The position numbers were made by a program, and so were the translations under genes. From Cyanophora paradoxa CCMP329 (lineage: Eukaryota; Plantae; Glaucophyta), in the NCBI GenBank assembly GCA_004431415.1, contig QPMI01000302.1, positions 1 to 46,114 of the forward strand: a DNA stretch of 46,114 nt, read 5' to 3'. This document shows positions 22,011 to 35,800 of the stretch, one piece after another. The notes below the pieces were generated by a model. That model made no database searches, was not told the DNA's origin, and saw nothing but the letters and a program-made list of their open reading frames with translations. Every line of letters begins with the position of its first letter. Positions within the stretch are counted from its first letter, which is position 1.

Positions 22011-23842
22011 ATGTCCCTCTGCGGCCTCGCCGAAGCAGCGGTTGGTCTGGCCGATGCGGCCGTGGCGCCCAGCGCGCTGCCGCTAGGCGCCCGGCTCGCC
22101 ACCCGCCTCCCCTGCATCGGTCTTTTCGCTGCGAAGGGCTGGAGTACGAGCGTGTGCCTGACGACACTGCAGTGCTTCATGTTCTACGTGACGATGGAGG
22201 TTTCCTTCCTAGTTCTTTCCTTCTTTGTTCGCTGCGTCGCCGCCTTCAGCTTCAGCCGTCGCCGCTCAGCAGCCTGCGCGGCTGGGCGCGCTCTCTCGGC
22301 GGAGGCGCGGATCGCGGCTGCCATGCTGCGCGTCGGCAAGCTCACTACAAGTGCGCCCGCCACGATTAAGTTGACCGAGAACGCGGCGCGGCGTATGCGG
22401 GGCGCGGTTAAGCTTGCGCAATCGCATTGACTGATGAGCAGGCAACGATATCGACGCCATCAAGCGAAAGAACTTGGACGCAGGTGCACGCGAAGTCAAG
22501 CGCCCAGCGTACCATCCTGACTCGAGCCCAGCGTACTATCTTCCGCCGCCGCGCTTCGACATCTGCACGTACGAGTGGGTCGCCACGGGCCCCGGCGAGG
22601 ACAAGTCGGAGCTCGTGTACCGGAGAAACGCGCCGGGCGGCTTCGGGGGCGGCGATCGCCCTGTCGTTCTCTTCCTGCAGTGCGCGTAGCTCCGGGCAAT
22701 TTCCCGGGCGGGGCGTGCGGGGTGTCGGGCCAACCGGTGCCACCGGCAGCGGCGGGGGCTTCTTCTCGGGCCACTCGCGCATGTACTCCTACTTCCTGGG
22801 GTCCCTCGCGGAGGCCCTGGGCGCCGACGTGCTCGCCCCGAACTACCGGCTGGCCCCCGCGCACAAGTGGCCTGCCCCGCTGCACGACTGCCTCGACGCG
22901 TACCGCTGGCTCGTGGAGGCTCGAGGCGTCGACCCCGCCCGCATCCTCCTCGTGGGGGACAGCGCTGGGGGCGGCCTCTGCGCGCACCTCGCCGCCGCCA
23001 TCGCCCAGGGCCGCGTCGCCCTCCCCATGCCCCGCGCCGCCGTCCTCATCTCCCCCTTCCTGGACGTCTCCTTCTCGTTCGCATCCTTCCACACCCATCG
23101 GAAGCGCGATCCCTTCCTCAAGGCGCGGGCGCCCTCGCCGCGCTCCCCCCGGGGCCCCCTGGGGGCCGCGAGCGGGAGGCGCAGGTGGATGAGGTGCTGG
23201 CCAAGGTCCTCGTCCACGAGATTGTCGGCATCCCCCCGGAGGCCGTCAGGCGCCCCCCGCCCCCGCCACGCCGCCCGCCCCGCCCCACTGCCCTGGCCTG
23301 AGGCTGCCCGGCAGCGACCCGGCGGTGATGCCGGCGAGCGGGCCGCTGGCCGGCCCCGGCGGGCGCCTCTGCCCCCTCCTCGTCTTCGTCGGCAGCGAGG
23401 AGGTCCTCGTCGACGGTGACGGCCCCGCCCCGCCCGACCCGACCCGACCCCGGCTCGGCCCCGCCGCGGTGTCTGAGAGCCAGCCGCACGGCAGACGTGC
23501 GCGTCTTCGCGGCGCGGGCAGAGGCGGCGGGCGTCGAGGCCGACCTGCACGTCGCAGAGGGACTGGTGCGCCAGCAGCGCGCCCGCCCCGCACCGCCTCC
23601 CCCCGCCGCCCGACGCCCGCCCGCAGTTCCACGTCTACCCGTGCCTCTACCCGCGCCTGCCCGAGAGCCGCGACGCGATGGAGCAGATGCGGGCCTTCGC
23701 GAAGCGCGTCTGGGCCGCCCCGCCCCCGCCCCCGACTGCGCCCCGCGGGGCGTCCCCCGCCCCGTCCGGCGCCGCCGGCCGCGCCCCGCCTCTCGTCGTG
23801 GAGCTCGATGGAGTGAGCCCCACTTCCGGCGCTGGCGGGTAG
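22011..23842 (+). CDS. HSL-family alpha/beta hydrolase (esterase/lipase), multi-exon
   Basis: VVLFLH|GGGF (oxyanion motif split by an intron), NYRLAPAHKWPAPLHDCLDAYRWL, GDSAGG nucleophile, ISPFLD, VGSEEVLVDD, EGL|FHVYP. Confidence 0.9.
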
Positions 23843-24151
23843 CCGCCCCACGCGGCTCGCCTTTCTTTTCATGTTCACTTTCGTCGCTTTCGCTTAGGTT
23901 CGTTCCTACCGTGGCAAGGGTAGTGCAGTTGGGTTCGATGTGCAGTCAGGGACCTGGGGACATACTATAATCATGATAGCAGCAGCATTCCGGTATTCAG
24001 TGGTTCGGCATGTGTTGTTTTCGAAAATTTGATGGCCCAGTGGTTCGCGGTGCTACCTCCATCTAAAGGCGTATGCATCCGGCAGAGGTGGTCGCTTGAA
24101 GGAAAATGGGGGACGGGTGGGGGGCGCGGCAGGGATCACTGGCGCGGTGGG

Positions 24152-25247
24152 TCAGTGGGCGGGGAGGCGGTCGTAGATCTCGTCGAGGATGGTGGTGAGG
24201 TACTGCAGGCGGATGGCGTGCCGCCGCGCCGCCTCCAGCTCCCCCGCGTCGAAGCTCCTCGTCAGGTCCCGCACGCACTCCCTCGCCAGGCCCGTGTATC
24301 TGCAGCGAGGGTCGGCGCCGGCGGGGCGGGCGGGCGGGATGGCGCGGGCCGCTCGTTGAGGGCGCCAAGGGCCGCGGCATCGTCCTCGGCGTCCTCGATG
24401 GCCTCTCGCCCCTCCATCGCCTCCATGAGCACCTGAGGGTCCGCGATCGTACCGCCCGTCTCCCCCACGTCGATGCCGAACAGCCGCAGCTGCCCCCGCG
24501 TCGGCCCCTGCGGCCGCGGCCGCGCGGCGAGAGCGCAGGAGAGGGCGCACGAGGTACGTGGCGCGGGAGTGCGGGCGCTTCAGGATCGTGTAAGCCTCGT
24601 TGACCCGCGCGGACTGCATCGCGGCGATCTCGCGCTCCCGCTGCAGCCGGCGGACCGAGCGTTCGGAGACGGGCCGCGCGCGTTTACAACCGCGGCGTAC
24701 CTCGGTCTGGGTGGCGAAGCGATCCGGGTGCAGCCGCATCTGCAGGTTCTTGTACCTCTTGTCCAGGTCCTTCGGGTCCAGCTCAAACGTGCGCGGGCTG
24801 CAGCCGGCGTGAGCGCAACTCTTCCAATGACTCGCGGAACAAGATTCGGGCAGCCGAGCACCAGGTGAAGACGGCGAAATGGTCACACGGCCGCGGCTCT
24901 TGGACGCGGTTGCAACCTATGCAGAAGAAGGAGCGCTCTGGGACCGGCGACTTGCAGTTCCAGCAACGAGCGAACGCCGCCCGGGAGCAGTCGTGGCACG
25001 CCTTCTCATCGGCTGGCTTCGGATGCGGGCAACCGTGCTCCTCGGCCAAAGCGGCGCCGGAGCTTTGCCAGCGCACTCCGCGTGCACCGCGCAGTGTTGA
25101 AGGCGCCGTGATGGTGTCCTGCGTTGGCGGCGGTGGGAGAGGGAGCTCGGCGTCGTGCCGCCGGATGGGCCGCGGTCGGGCGGTCGGCCGAATCGCTCGC
25201 GCCGCGCGCCGGCCAAACGCCGCAACGTCGAATACGCTGGCTGACAT
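24152..25247 (-). CDS. HSCB: Mitochondrial Fe-S cluster co-chaperone HscB/Hsc20/Jac1, multi-exon
   Basis: Arg-rich presequence, CWNC...FFCIGCNRVQ tetracysteine module, J-domain LQMRLHPDRF, SARVNEAYTILKRPHSRATYLL, C-terminal IRLQYLTTILDEI. Confidence 0.93.
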
Positions 25248-25745
25248 CTCGGACCTGAGGGCTCGTCGGTGCCTGCTTCGAATTCGCCGCGGTACGTGTG
25301 CTGCAAGCCGCTTCGAATTCGAGTCCCCCTGAAGCTCGCCCCGTCGACCCTAGCTGCAGTGGGCCAACCCTGACACTAGAAGTCTAACGATAACGAAAAC
25401 CCAGCCTGAGGCACCAGTGGCCGACCACGGATCACGCGTTTAACGATTAACTTCTTGATTCACATTGGGGCGCGAGGTTGGAGGGAGCGAAGAGGAGAGA
25501 GAGTGGGGAAGGCGGCGCTAAGTAGGTACACTCCTAAATGTCGGACGAGGCACGGGCCGGGGGCCTCGACCGGACGCCGAGACCGGAAAAAGAAGATCAA
25601 TGGGGTGACGACCCCAGAACACGAGCTCCAACTGAGCACACGTGATGACACAGCGGTTGCCGGGAAGAAAGGTATGGGCAACCGCCAGAAGAGCCGCTAT
25701 TGGCAGTGGGTTGCAGCGCCCCCCACACAGTATCCTTGTGACGGC

Positions 25746-27228
25746 TTACTTGGCGCCTTTCCTCTTCTTCGCTGCGGGCTCCTCCTCGTCCTCTGCGATG
25801 CAGATCGGGCGACTGGGACACCGAGCGCAACACAATTCAAAGAGGGCGCACCGTCGTCGTCCCCATCCAAGTCCTCGTCTTCCTCGTTGTCATCGCCTTC
25901 TTGCGGCTCGAAGTCATCACCCTCCTCCTCCTCTTCCTCATCGACCTGCTCAATAAGGTTCAGCAAAGAAGAAAAGAGGAGTCGGCAAGCGCGCGGACCT
26001 TGGGATCGGCCGCGAGGAACGCTGTGCCGGGGTTATCCTCGTCGTCCTCCTGCAGGCACCGATCAGCGGCGCGAAGGAGGGCACATAAGCACTCAAGACC
26101 CGCACATCTTCCCCATCGTCCCCTTCCTCTTCATCATCCTCCTCTTCAACTGCGCAGAGAGATGCTCGATCAGTGACACACAGACAAAACCGCTCAAGGA
26201 GCCGATTGGGCATGCACGCTAGCTAAGAGCTAGGCTTTGCGTGTGCAGCTCACGAATACACGACGCACCTCCTGTGCCAGAGGGTCCTGCATCCTCCTCC
26301 TCCTCCTCGTTCTCCTCCTCTTCGCCGCCCGCCTCAGGATCACCGAGGTCTTCCGCTTCATCTAGGCATACATGCAGGAACGTAAGACCGCAAAACACAT
26401 GCGCGAAGAGGTCCGCAACTGCGCACCGCCATCGGCGTTTTCGCCATTGACCTCGTCGCCGTAGCCCTCTCCGCCCGCGCCCTCGTCTTCCTCCGATCGA
26501 TCCTCGTCCTCGTCGACCGGGTTGTTTTCCCTACCGAGGTGATCAGGAGCGGGGCGGCAAAAGATGCCGAGGCAGCGGACTTGTCGGCGTTGTCGAGGAT
26601 CTGGAGTGCAGGGAGCATGCTGAAGACCTTCTCGCGGAATCCCTCAATATTGCACACCTCGTTCGCCATCAGATCAAGGATCATCAGCTTGGGGAGATCC
26701 GCCTGAGCCGGACAAAGTGAGCGGGCTTCGCGGTAAGAGGACGCGGGTGATTCTGTGTTCCTGAACTTCTATCAAAGAAGACAAACCAGCGGCTTCAAAT
26801 CGTCCAGCGATTTGATGCGGTTCCCGCATAGTTTCAGGCTCTGGAGCTCGGCAAGGTGCTTCAGGTGATGCAGCCCGCCCGAGATCTTGTTGTCGTTCAT
26901 ACATAGCTGCGCCAAAGCCTCGAAATGAGCCGCAGGGATCGAGATGGTAGAGGACGCGAGTTTGAAATTCGACGAAGCCCCGAGCCTCCGGATAGCGCCC
27001 GATCCTTTCTAGAGACTAATATGGGCGCACCTCCTCCAGCTGGGGGAGATCTGGGAAGCCCTCGAGCGTGGAGATGGAGATGTTTGACAAAGAGAGAATT
27101 CGCAGATTCGTGAACTTGTCGAGGCCGACAACCTTCGCGCTCGTGCACTTGCCATCCAGATTGAGCTCTTCGAGGTCCTCGGGCGCCTGCCTCGCCGAGG
27201 CCGCCTCCGTAAGCGCGCAGGCCTCCAT
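25746..27228 (-). CDS. ANP32: Acidic leucine-rich nuclear phosphoprotein 32 family, multi-exon
   Basis: LEELNLDGKC, ISTLEGFPDLPQLEE|LCMNDNKISGGLHHL, LCGNRIKSLDDLKPL, LDLMANEVCNIEGFREKVFSMLPALQILDNAD (LRRcap), a long Asp/Glu tail, and terminal NLS PAAKKRKGAK*. Confidence 0.92.
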
Positions 27229-27348
27229 CAGGGTACACTAAAACTCTGGCCCGAGCATCGCGCTTGCCGCAGCTGGCGAGCCCGCAGCGCTTAGGTACCC
27301 ATGCGACTCGCAGGTGGCCGCAGCGAGGATCCCATGTCTCGCAAAGCC

Positions 27349-29030
27349 ATGGCCGCGTTCGTATCGCTGCAGTTGCGGGCGCCCACATGGCCAGCGATCA
27401 GCACGCCTCCTCGCGCTCAGCATGCGGCGTGCTTCAGGAGACGTAGCGGACCTAGCGACGCCGTCCGTCCCACCGGCCTCGCAGCGCCACGGATCGGCTT
27501 CTTCGGGGACACGACGCGCAAGTTCGGGGCATGGACGACGCGGTCCTTGCGAGATCGTGCAGCATTCGTGCGGCCGTTCAGGCCACACGAGACGCGATGT
27601 ATGGAGAGCAAGGCCACACCAGAGCCGCCCGGAGACGGCAGGCCCGCTCTACCCGCGGCGCTGCAGAGCGTGGTGGACTTCCTGCGCGCAGTAATCCCGA
27701 AGAAATTCTTTGGCGTGAGCGGCTGCACCCCTCGCTGCGCGCGAACGCCGTCTGACCGCTTCCGGCCCGCCGCCCAGTTCCTGCCGAGGCGGCGGACGCT
27801 GAGCACGATCGGCGTGCTGATCGTAGCCATTCTAATCATCTTTCTCGGAGGATGGTACTATACCGCGGCGATCGCCGCAATGCAGGCGGTCTGCCTGCGC
27901 GAATACTTCGCCCTTGTCAAGGCGAAGGGCTACAGCCCCACGGTGCGGGCGCCTGCGGCGGGGCTTCCGCCGCTCCCTCAGCGGCAAGGCAGGTGCGGAC
28001 GACGATCCTGGCGTCGTTGGTGCACCTGGCCTCGGCGCAGGCCTTCCCCATGTACTCGGACGGCTTCATCGCCCTCGCCGGCATGTTCATCATCTTCTAC
28101 CTCCTCGTGCACCCCCACGCCGCCTGCCGTGCCCGCGCCCCATCTGCCGCGAGCGAGCGAGCGCGCCGCCGGCGCAGCTCCATGGCGATCGCCTCGCCAC
28201 CATTGCCGACCTCTCCGGCTCCATCCTCGGCCTCTTCTACCTCGGGTGACCCCGTACCCCCCTGCCCGCCTCCCCCTCCCTATCCGGCCGGGCGAGCTGG
28301 GGCGGGGCGGCAGCTACTTTCCTGGCTTCGTGGTCCGGCTCCGGAACCTGGAGCAGCGGGAGATGAAGAACTTCCCGTTCGCGGGGTACTGGCCGCAGAC
28401 GGCGGCGGAGTGGAAGCCGGCGCTGTGGCCGCGGGGCCTGCAGGCGTCCTTCCTGATGATGCTCTGCATCGCCGCCTCGGACATTGGCGCCTACATCATC
28501 GGCAAGTCCTTCGGCCGCACCAAGCTCATCACCAAGATCTCCCCCAAGAAGACCTGGGAGGGCGGTGTGCCCCGCCCTCCTCCCTCCTCTGAGCCCCGCA
28601 CCGCGCCCCTCCGAGCCGCCGCGCAGCGTGTGGCGGCTTCGCGAGCGCGATGCTCATCGGCGCTGTCGGTTTCTGGGCCTACGCGTGGCCCGGGGGGCCC
28701 CTGCTCGGCGCCCTCTTCGGTGCCCGCCGCTTCCCCGGGCCGTCGGCCGGCCTGAGCTCGGGCGGGGCGGGCAGGGCTGACGATGTCGGGGGTGGGCTTG
28801 CTGGGGGACCTCACCGAGTCCCTCATGAAGCGCGACGCCGGCGTCAAGTGCGCCGCCGCCGGCGAGCCGGCGCCCGGGGCGCTGAAGCCGGGCGGGGCAG
28901 GGACAGCGGGGACATCATCCCGGGGCACGGCGGCATGCTCGACCGCCTCGACTCGTTCATCTTCACCTCCCCCATCGCCTACTACTTCGTCACCCTCCTC
29001 CTGCCCCTCTTCGCCGCCCTCCGCAAGTGA
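27349..29030 (+). CDS. cdsA: Plastid-targeted phosphatidate cytidylyltransferase (CDP-DAG synthase, cyanobacterial type), multi-exon
   Basis: ASDIGAYIIGKSFGRTKLITKISPKKTWEG and GDLTESLMKRDAGVK|DSGDIIPGHGGMLDRLDSF signature; N-terminal MAAFVS... Arg/Ser/Thr-rich transit peptide. Confidence 0.95.
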
Positions 29031-29238
29031 CCCCCCCCTCCCCACCTGCATCCCACACGCTTCGACTCGTCCACGGGAGCACTGTACACGCACGCGCCGG
29101 GCGCTCGGCCCTCGGCAGCGGCAGAAAAACAAAAAAGGGTGGTTGTACAGGGGAAAAATGGGGCGGCCGAGGCCGGAGGCCGCAGCTCGATGGTACAGGA
29201 GACGGGCCGGAAGCCCCCGCGCGGGCCCCCCAGGAGTC

Positions 29239-30628
<1,390 letters not shown>

Positions 30629-30737
30629 TTATATGATTGCTTGAATTGCTGTTTTAACTACACTGTGTGCCGCTGTGCGTTGAGGTGGGCACTGGGGGCC
30701 CAGTGGGGGGCGACCCGGGGGTACACATAGTTGAAAG

Positions 30738-32327
30738 ATGAAGCCGGCGGGGAAGGAGGGTCCAGATGCGCCTACCGATCGGCCAGAACCGTCGCGAGTG
30801 CGCTGTCCGCGCCCCTTCATGCCTCGAACCGAAGCGCCCTGTCTGAAGCGCGCTCCGCAATCTTGTTCTGTCTGAAGCTCCGCTGACTCCGCAATCTCGC
30901 GGACGTTCGTAGTCCCAAACGCAGGAACGCGAGCGGCTCCGGCTTGCCGGTCAAGGAGCGAGCGGCATCGACTCGTCCGAAGCTGGCCCGTCCGTGACCT
31001 TCAAGCCGCTCTTGATTCCAGATGCTGCATCAGACTCCTCCGCGTTGGACAAAACGCCGATCAGTTCGAAGCGGAGCTCCTGGTCTGACGTAGCCGCGCC
31101 GTCGCCCTCCAGCGCCTCCAAGCGGACGCCGTCGCGCGAGGCACAGAAGCCGATCGACTACGACCGGTACAATGTCTCGTTGTGCGGGTAAGCGCAACCT
31201 CCGCCGGATCCGCTCGGCTGTGGCTCCGGGTAACCTCGTCGCCCCGCAAACAGGTGCTGCAAGTCGCGGAGGGCATGCACGGAGGGGATGTGCTTCTTGT
31301 GAGCGCCAGCGGATCCGCGAGCCCGCTCCGTCCGCGGTTCGCCTGACGCGGCGGGCAGCCCGCGGATGGTGCGGAGGATCAAGCACATGCGGGCCTACTC
31401 GTACGGGACGCGTGCGGAGCGGGAGGCGGCCGAGGCGCGGGACAAGGTGCGCGGGGCCGCGGAGGCGCCGGCGGCTGGCCGCGGGACGCCGAGGCGCGGC
31501 GCAGGTGCAGGAGGCGGCGGAGGCGGTGCTGTGCCACCCCTGCGTCGTCGATTGCCTCAAGGCCGCCTGCGCGCCCCTGCTCAAGCCGTTCAAGGCGCGC
31601 TCCGCTCTCCCCTCGCGGCCGCGCGGGAAGCGAAGCGGCCACGGCGCGCGCTGACGGGGCGGGGCGGGGCGGGCAGGCGCTGATGGGCTGCTCGGCCTTC
31701 CTCGACGACTGTATCCCCCAGTGCCGCTACTGCACCTGCCCCTGCATCTACGCAGGCTCGCCCGCCCGCCGGCTGCCCCTTGCTCCCCCGCAAACGCAAC
31801 GCCCCGCCGGTGCTAAGGGGGGCCCCGCCGCAGCGTGCGAGGGCGCGGCCCTTCGCTTCTACCTCGTGCGCACTGCCCCGGCTGCTCCTTCTCGCCGCGC
31901 TGCGTCCCCGGGAGTCACGCGGCTGCGCCCGCCCGCAGAGGAAGCAGTGGCGGATGGGCAAGGCGGAGAGCCCCGGCTGCACCTGCTGCGGCAACGAGTG
32001 CCTCTGCCGCGACTGCTGCGAGGCACGCCCCGGCCCCGGCCCGCGCTCGCCCTGTCCCGCCGACTGAGCTGAGGGGCCCCCGTTGCAGTACCTGTGCTGC
32101 CCCTGCTGCGCTCTGACGGTCCGCCCCGCCGCCGCTCCTCCCCCCGAAGCCGGCCGATCGCGGCGCGCGAGCAGAAGGACTATCGGGAGCGCAAGCTGCG
32201 GAGCGAGCGGCGGCCGCCGCCAGAGGACCGGCCCTCCTTCGACGCCCCGGGTGCGGCCCGCCCGCCCGCTGCTCGCTCTGGATCGTCGCAGCCTCTGAGG
32301 CATCCCTTGCCGCAGACGTGCAGGTGA
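30738..32327 (+). CDS. PLAC8/cornifelin-family cysteine-rich protein, multi-exon
   Basis: YNVSLCG|CCKSRRACTEGMCFL|P...CTCPCIYA...LRFYL|RKQWRMG...CRDCCE|YLCCPCCALT|(Q)KDYRE (CCxCCAL.Q..RE motif). The 3' end is approximate. Confidence 0.8.
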
Positions 32328-32819
32328 TGGCGCCCTAGCAAGCTTCGTTCAGGAGCGACGGTCCAGAGCGTGCAGGCCCGTTCATCCTGGCAGGCTGGGC
32401 GGGGGTTTCCGTGTTTCCGGGCAGATTTGAGGTTTGGCTAGGCTGGACGTCCTATCAAGCTTTGATTTGATTAATTATTCAGTCCACTATCAGAACTCGA
32501 GCTCGCTACGGGCCGCGGCCCGCGGGTCGAACCCCCCAGTGGGCCCCCACGCGGCCGGCGCCGCCGACGGTGCCGGCGAGCCGGCGCCCGCCGCCCGCGC
32601 CGAAGGCTCGGCGAACTCGAACGGGGTACAGGATTTCACAAGTGGGGGCAAGCTCATGCATTAACTAGCTACAGCTTGGCGTTGTTCATCCGGTATGTGC
32701 TCTGCTGTACGCTAGTAAACGTACGGTGGCTGCACGCCGCCGCGCGAAGTTCGAATCGCGGATCCGCGTCTTCCGCAGCGGCTGGATTCAACGAACGAGT
32801 TCGGACTTGGGAGTCTTCG

Positions 32820-35800
32820 ATGGCGACGTCGAGCTCCTCGTCCCCAGCGCTCGGAGATAGTGCAGCTGCGAGCTCCTCGTCGCAACCGGGGGCTTCAGCC
32901 ACCTTGACTGCTGCGTCTCTTGCAGCCGTCGCCGGGCGGCCTGCCTGGCGCCCTGCCTCCCCCAGTTCATCAAGTGGAGCGTCTTCAGATCTGGAACCGT
33001 GGCCTTCGGCTACAGATGACGCCACAGCCGCGCCGTGTACAGACGCCGCAGCCGCAGCGGACGCGGCCGGCGGGGACGCGCCGCCCGCGGGCGCGGCGGC
33101 TTCGTCGGCTGCAGATCGCGACAGCTCGCTGCCGTCCGCTGAGGGGAGCGCCCCTGCTTCCGGTGCTCCGAGCGATGAGCCGGCGGCCGGCGAGCCACTG
33201 CCGCTCTCGGCGGCTGCCCTGTTCACCGTCGCGAGCCGCGCCGGCATGTTCGGAACAGGGCCGATACAGCCGGTCGGACGCGGGGGCGGGGCCGCTGCGC
33301 CGCCTCTCCATCAGACCGCGCCGGCGGTGACCACCGAGATAGTCCGCGCCGCTCTGGATGTAGAGGAGGCCGAGCTGCTCTCCTCGCTCGAGCCGGCCCC
33401 CGGCGCTGGCGCCGACCCCAACGCCGCGCCGGTGCGCCGGCCGCGAGCGCACCCTCGCTCGCCGCGCCCTGAGCAAGGCGCAGGCCCCGCAGCGGGCGCC
33501 GCGGCCGCAGTCTGAGGGACCCAGCAAGCGACCCAGGACGGAGCCGCCGCGCCCCGACGGCCCCGCACCGGGCCCTTCTGCGCCGCCCGCGCCCCCGCCG
33601 CGCGCCACCCCGGCCCTTCCCGCTCGCCGCGCCGCCCCGGTTTGTCCCGCCGGCCGCCCCGTTCCGCGCCCCCGCTGGCGATCCGAAACTGGCGCTGGCA
33701 CAGGGGAAGGGGAGCGGGCCGCAGCAGACAGTGGGGCGGCTGGCGGCGCAGCTGAGCGAGGCGCAGCTGGCGCGGGCGACGGCGGAGGGGCGGGCGGCGG
33801 AGCTGGAGCTGCGGCTTCGGGAGGGCGACGCCGAGCGCGAGCGCCTACGCGCCGAGCTTGCCGCCCTCCACGCCCGCCTCGAGGCCCCGGCCCCGCATCC
33901 GCCAGCCCGCCCCCGGCCCCGCCGCCCCCGCCCCGGCCCCCAAGGAGAGCGAGGAGCTCGAGGCCGAGCGGGAGCTACGGGGCCTGCGGGAGGCGGAGCT
34001 CGCGGTGGAGCGGCAGCGGGTGGCGGAGCTGCGGCGGGAGGCGGCGGCGCGGGAGGCGCGCCTCGAGCTGCTCGCGGGGCGGGCCGGGGAGGCGGAGGCG
34101 CTGCGGGCGCGCCTCGAGGACGCGCTGCGCGCCCTCGGCGACCTCCAGCAGCGCCTCACCGCCGCCGAGGCCGCCGGGGAGGCGCAGGGGGCGAGCCCGC
34201 GCCCCCTCTCGCCCTCGTTCCCCTGTTAAAGGCCGGCGCAGGATCCCCGGGCAGCAGCATCGAGCGCGGGGGCGACTGGGCGAGTGGCGGTGGAGCCAGG
34301 CCCAGCGTCAGCGGAGAGGCACCGGCACGCGCGCAGCAGGTCGAGCACGGGAACGGCGTACGACCCGAGCGTGGAGGCGGCAGAGGCGAGCGCGACAGGG
34401 GCGTCACCGAGTGCGGCGGCGGCGGCGGCGGCGGCGGCAGAGCAGCGCGCGGCGGCAGCGGAGGCGAGCGGGAGAGGGCGGCGGTGGCGGGCTGGGACCA
34501 GCTGCAGGGCATCCTCGCGGCCTCGGCCCGCCGCGACCGCGAGCTCATCGCCGCCCTCGAGCAGGCGCCCGCCCGCCCGCCCCCCCCCCCCCCCCGCGCC
34601 CCGCCGCGGCCGCGGACGAGGCGGGAGCGGCGCGCAGGAGCTGGCGTGGACGCGGGAGCGGGTGGAGGCGCTCACGGCGGCCGTCGACGAGGCCCGCGCC
34701 CTCTCCACCAAGGCCCGCCGCGCCCCGCCCCGCCACGCCACGCCGGCGCCGGCGGCAGCGGGGTGACGGGGAGGGGGGCAGTACCTGCTGCGGTCGGCGG
34801 AGGCGGAGCGGGGGAAGGCGGAGGCGGGGCGGGCGGCGGAGGCGGCGGTGGAGGACGCCGCGCAGCAGCGCATCCAGCTCATCTCCACCAACGTCCAGTA
34901 CCAGCAGGTCCTCAAGCGCATGTCCGAGGCGAGCACCCGCGCCCCGCCGCCCCGCCCCCCTGCCCCGCCCCGCTGACGGGCGGCGCGCGGGGGCTGCCGG
35001 CAGATGAGCAACCAGATGGCGTGCTCGGAGCGGTTCGACGAGGAGTACCTGAAGAAGCGGAGCAGCGGCGAGCTGCGGGAGATGCGGGGGCGGCTGAAGC
35101 AGCTGCGCAGGCGCCTCAAGGAGCTCCTGCGCGCCGCCATCTTCAGCGAGTCCGAGCCCTTCCACTGCGTCCGCTGCCGCGCACGGGCCCGCCCCCCTTC
35201 CCCCCCGCCCCGCCCCCGCCCCCCCCCCCTCCGCCCCCGTCGCGCCGACGGGGCCGCGCAGCGCCCGACCTTGGCGCGAGCCTCCCTCCAGCCCTGCGGG
35301 CACCCCGTCTGCGTGTGCGTCCCGCAGCGCCCCGCCCCCGCCGCCGGCGTCGCGCCGGGGCGACGGCGACGGCGGGGCGGGTGCGCAGGGACCGCGGGTG
35401 CGCGCAGCAGATCGCCGTGCACCGTCTGCCGTGCCCCCAGTGCCGCATCGCCACCGCCGGCTTCCTCCGCGGCGCCCCTGGAGACCCGCCGCCCCCTCCC
35501 GGCGCCGCCCCCACCGGGCTCCCCGCCCCCGCCGCCCCAAGCACTGCACGTGCGGCGTTCGGTGCCGCCGCCGCCTCGTCGGCGGTCCCCAGCGCACCTG
35601 GCCCCGCACCAGCAGCCTCCGGCGCCCTCCCCGCTTCGTCCGCACCATCCCGTGCCCCCCCGACTGCCCCGTCACCCGGAACCCCGGGCGCCGTGCCCGC
35701 CGCGCCTCGTGCACCGGGCGCCGTGCCCGCCGCGCCTCGTGCCCCGGGCGCCGTGCCCGCCGCGCCTCGTGCCCCGGGCGCCGTGACCGTGGCGTCTGGC

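Noticed and set aside
25277-25323. ttcgaattc as a heat-shock element
   Set aside because: An HSE needs nGAAn units in alternating orientation with a 2-bp spacing (GAAnnTTC); here GAA and TTC abut.
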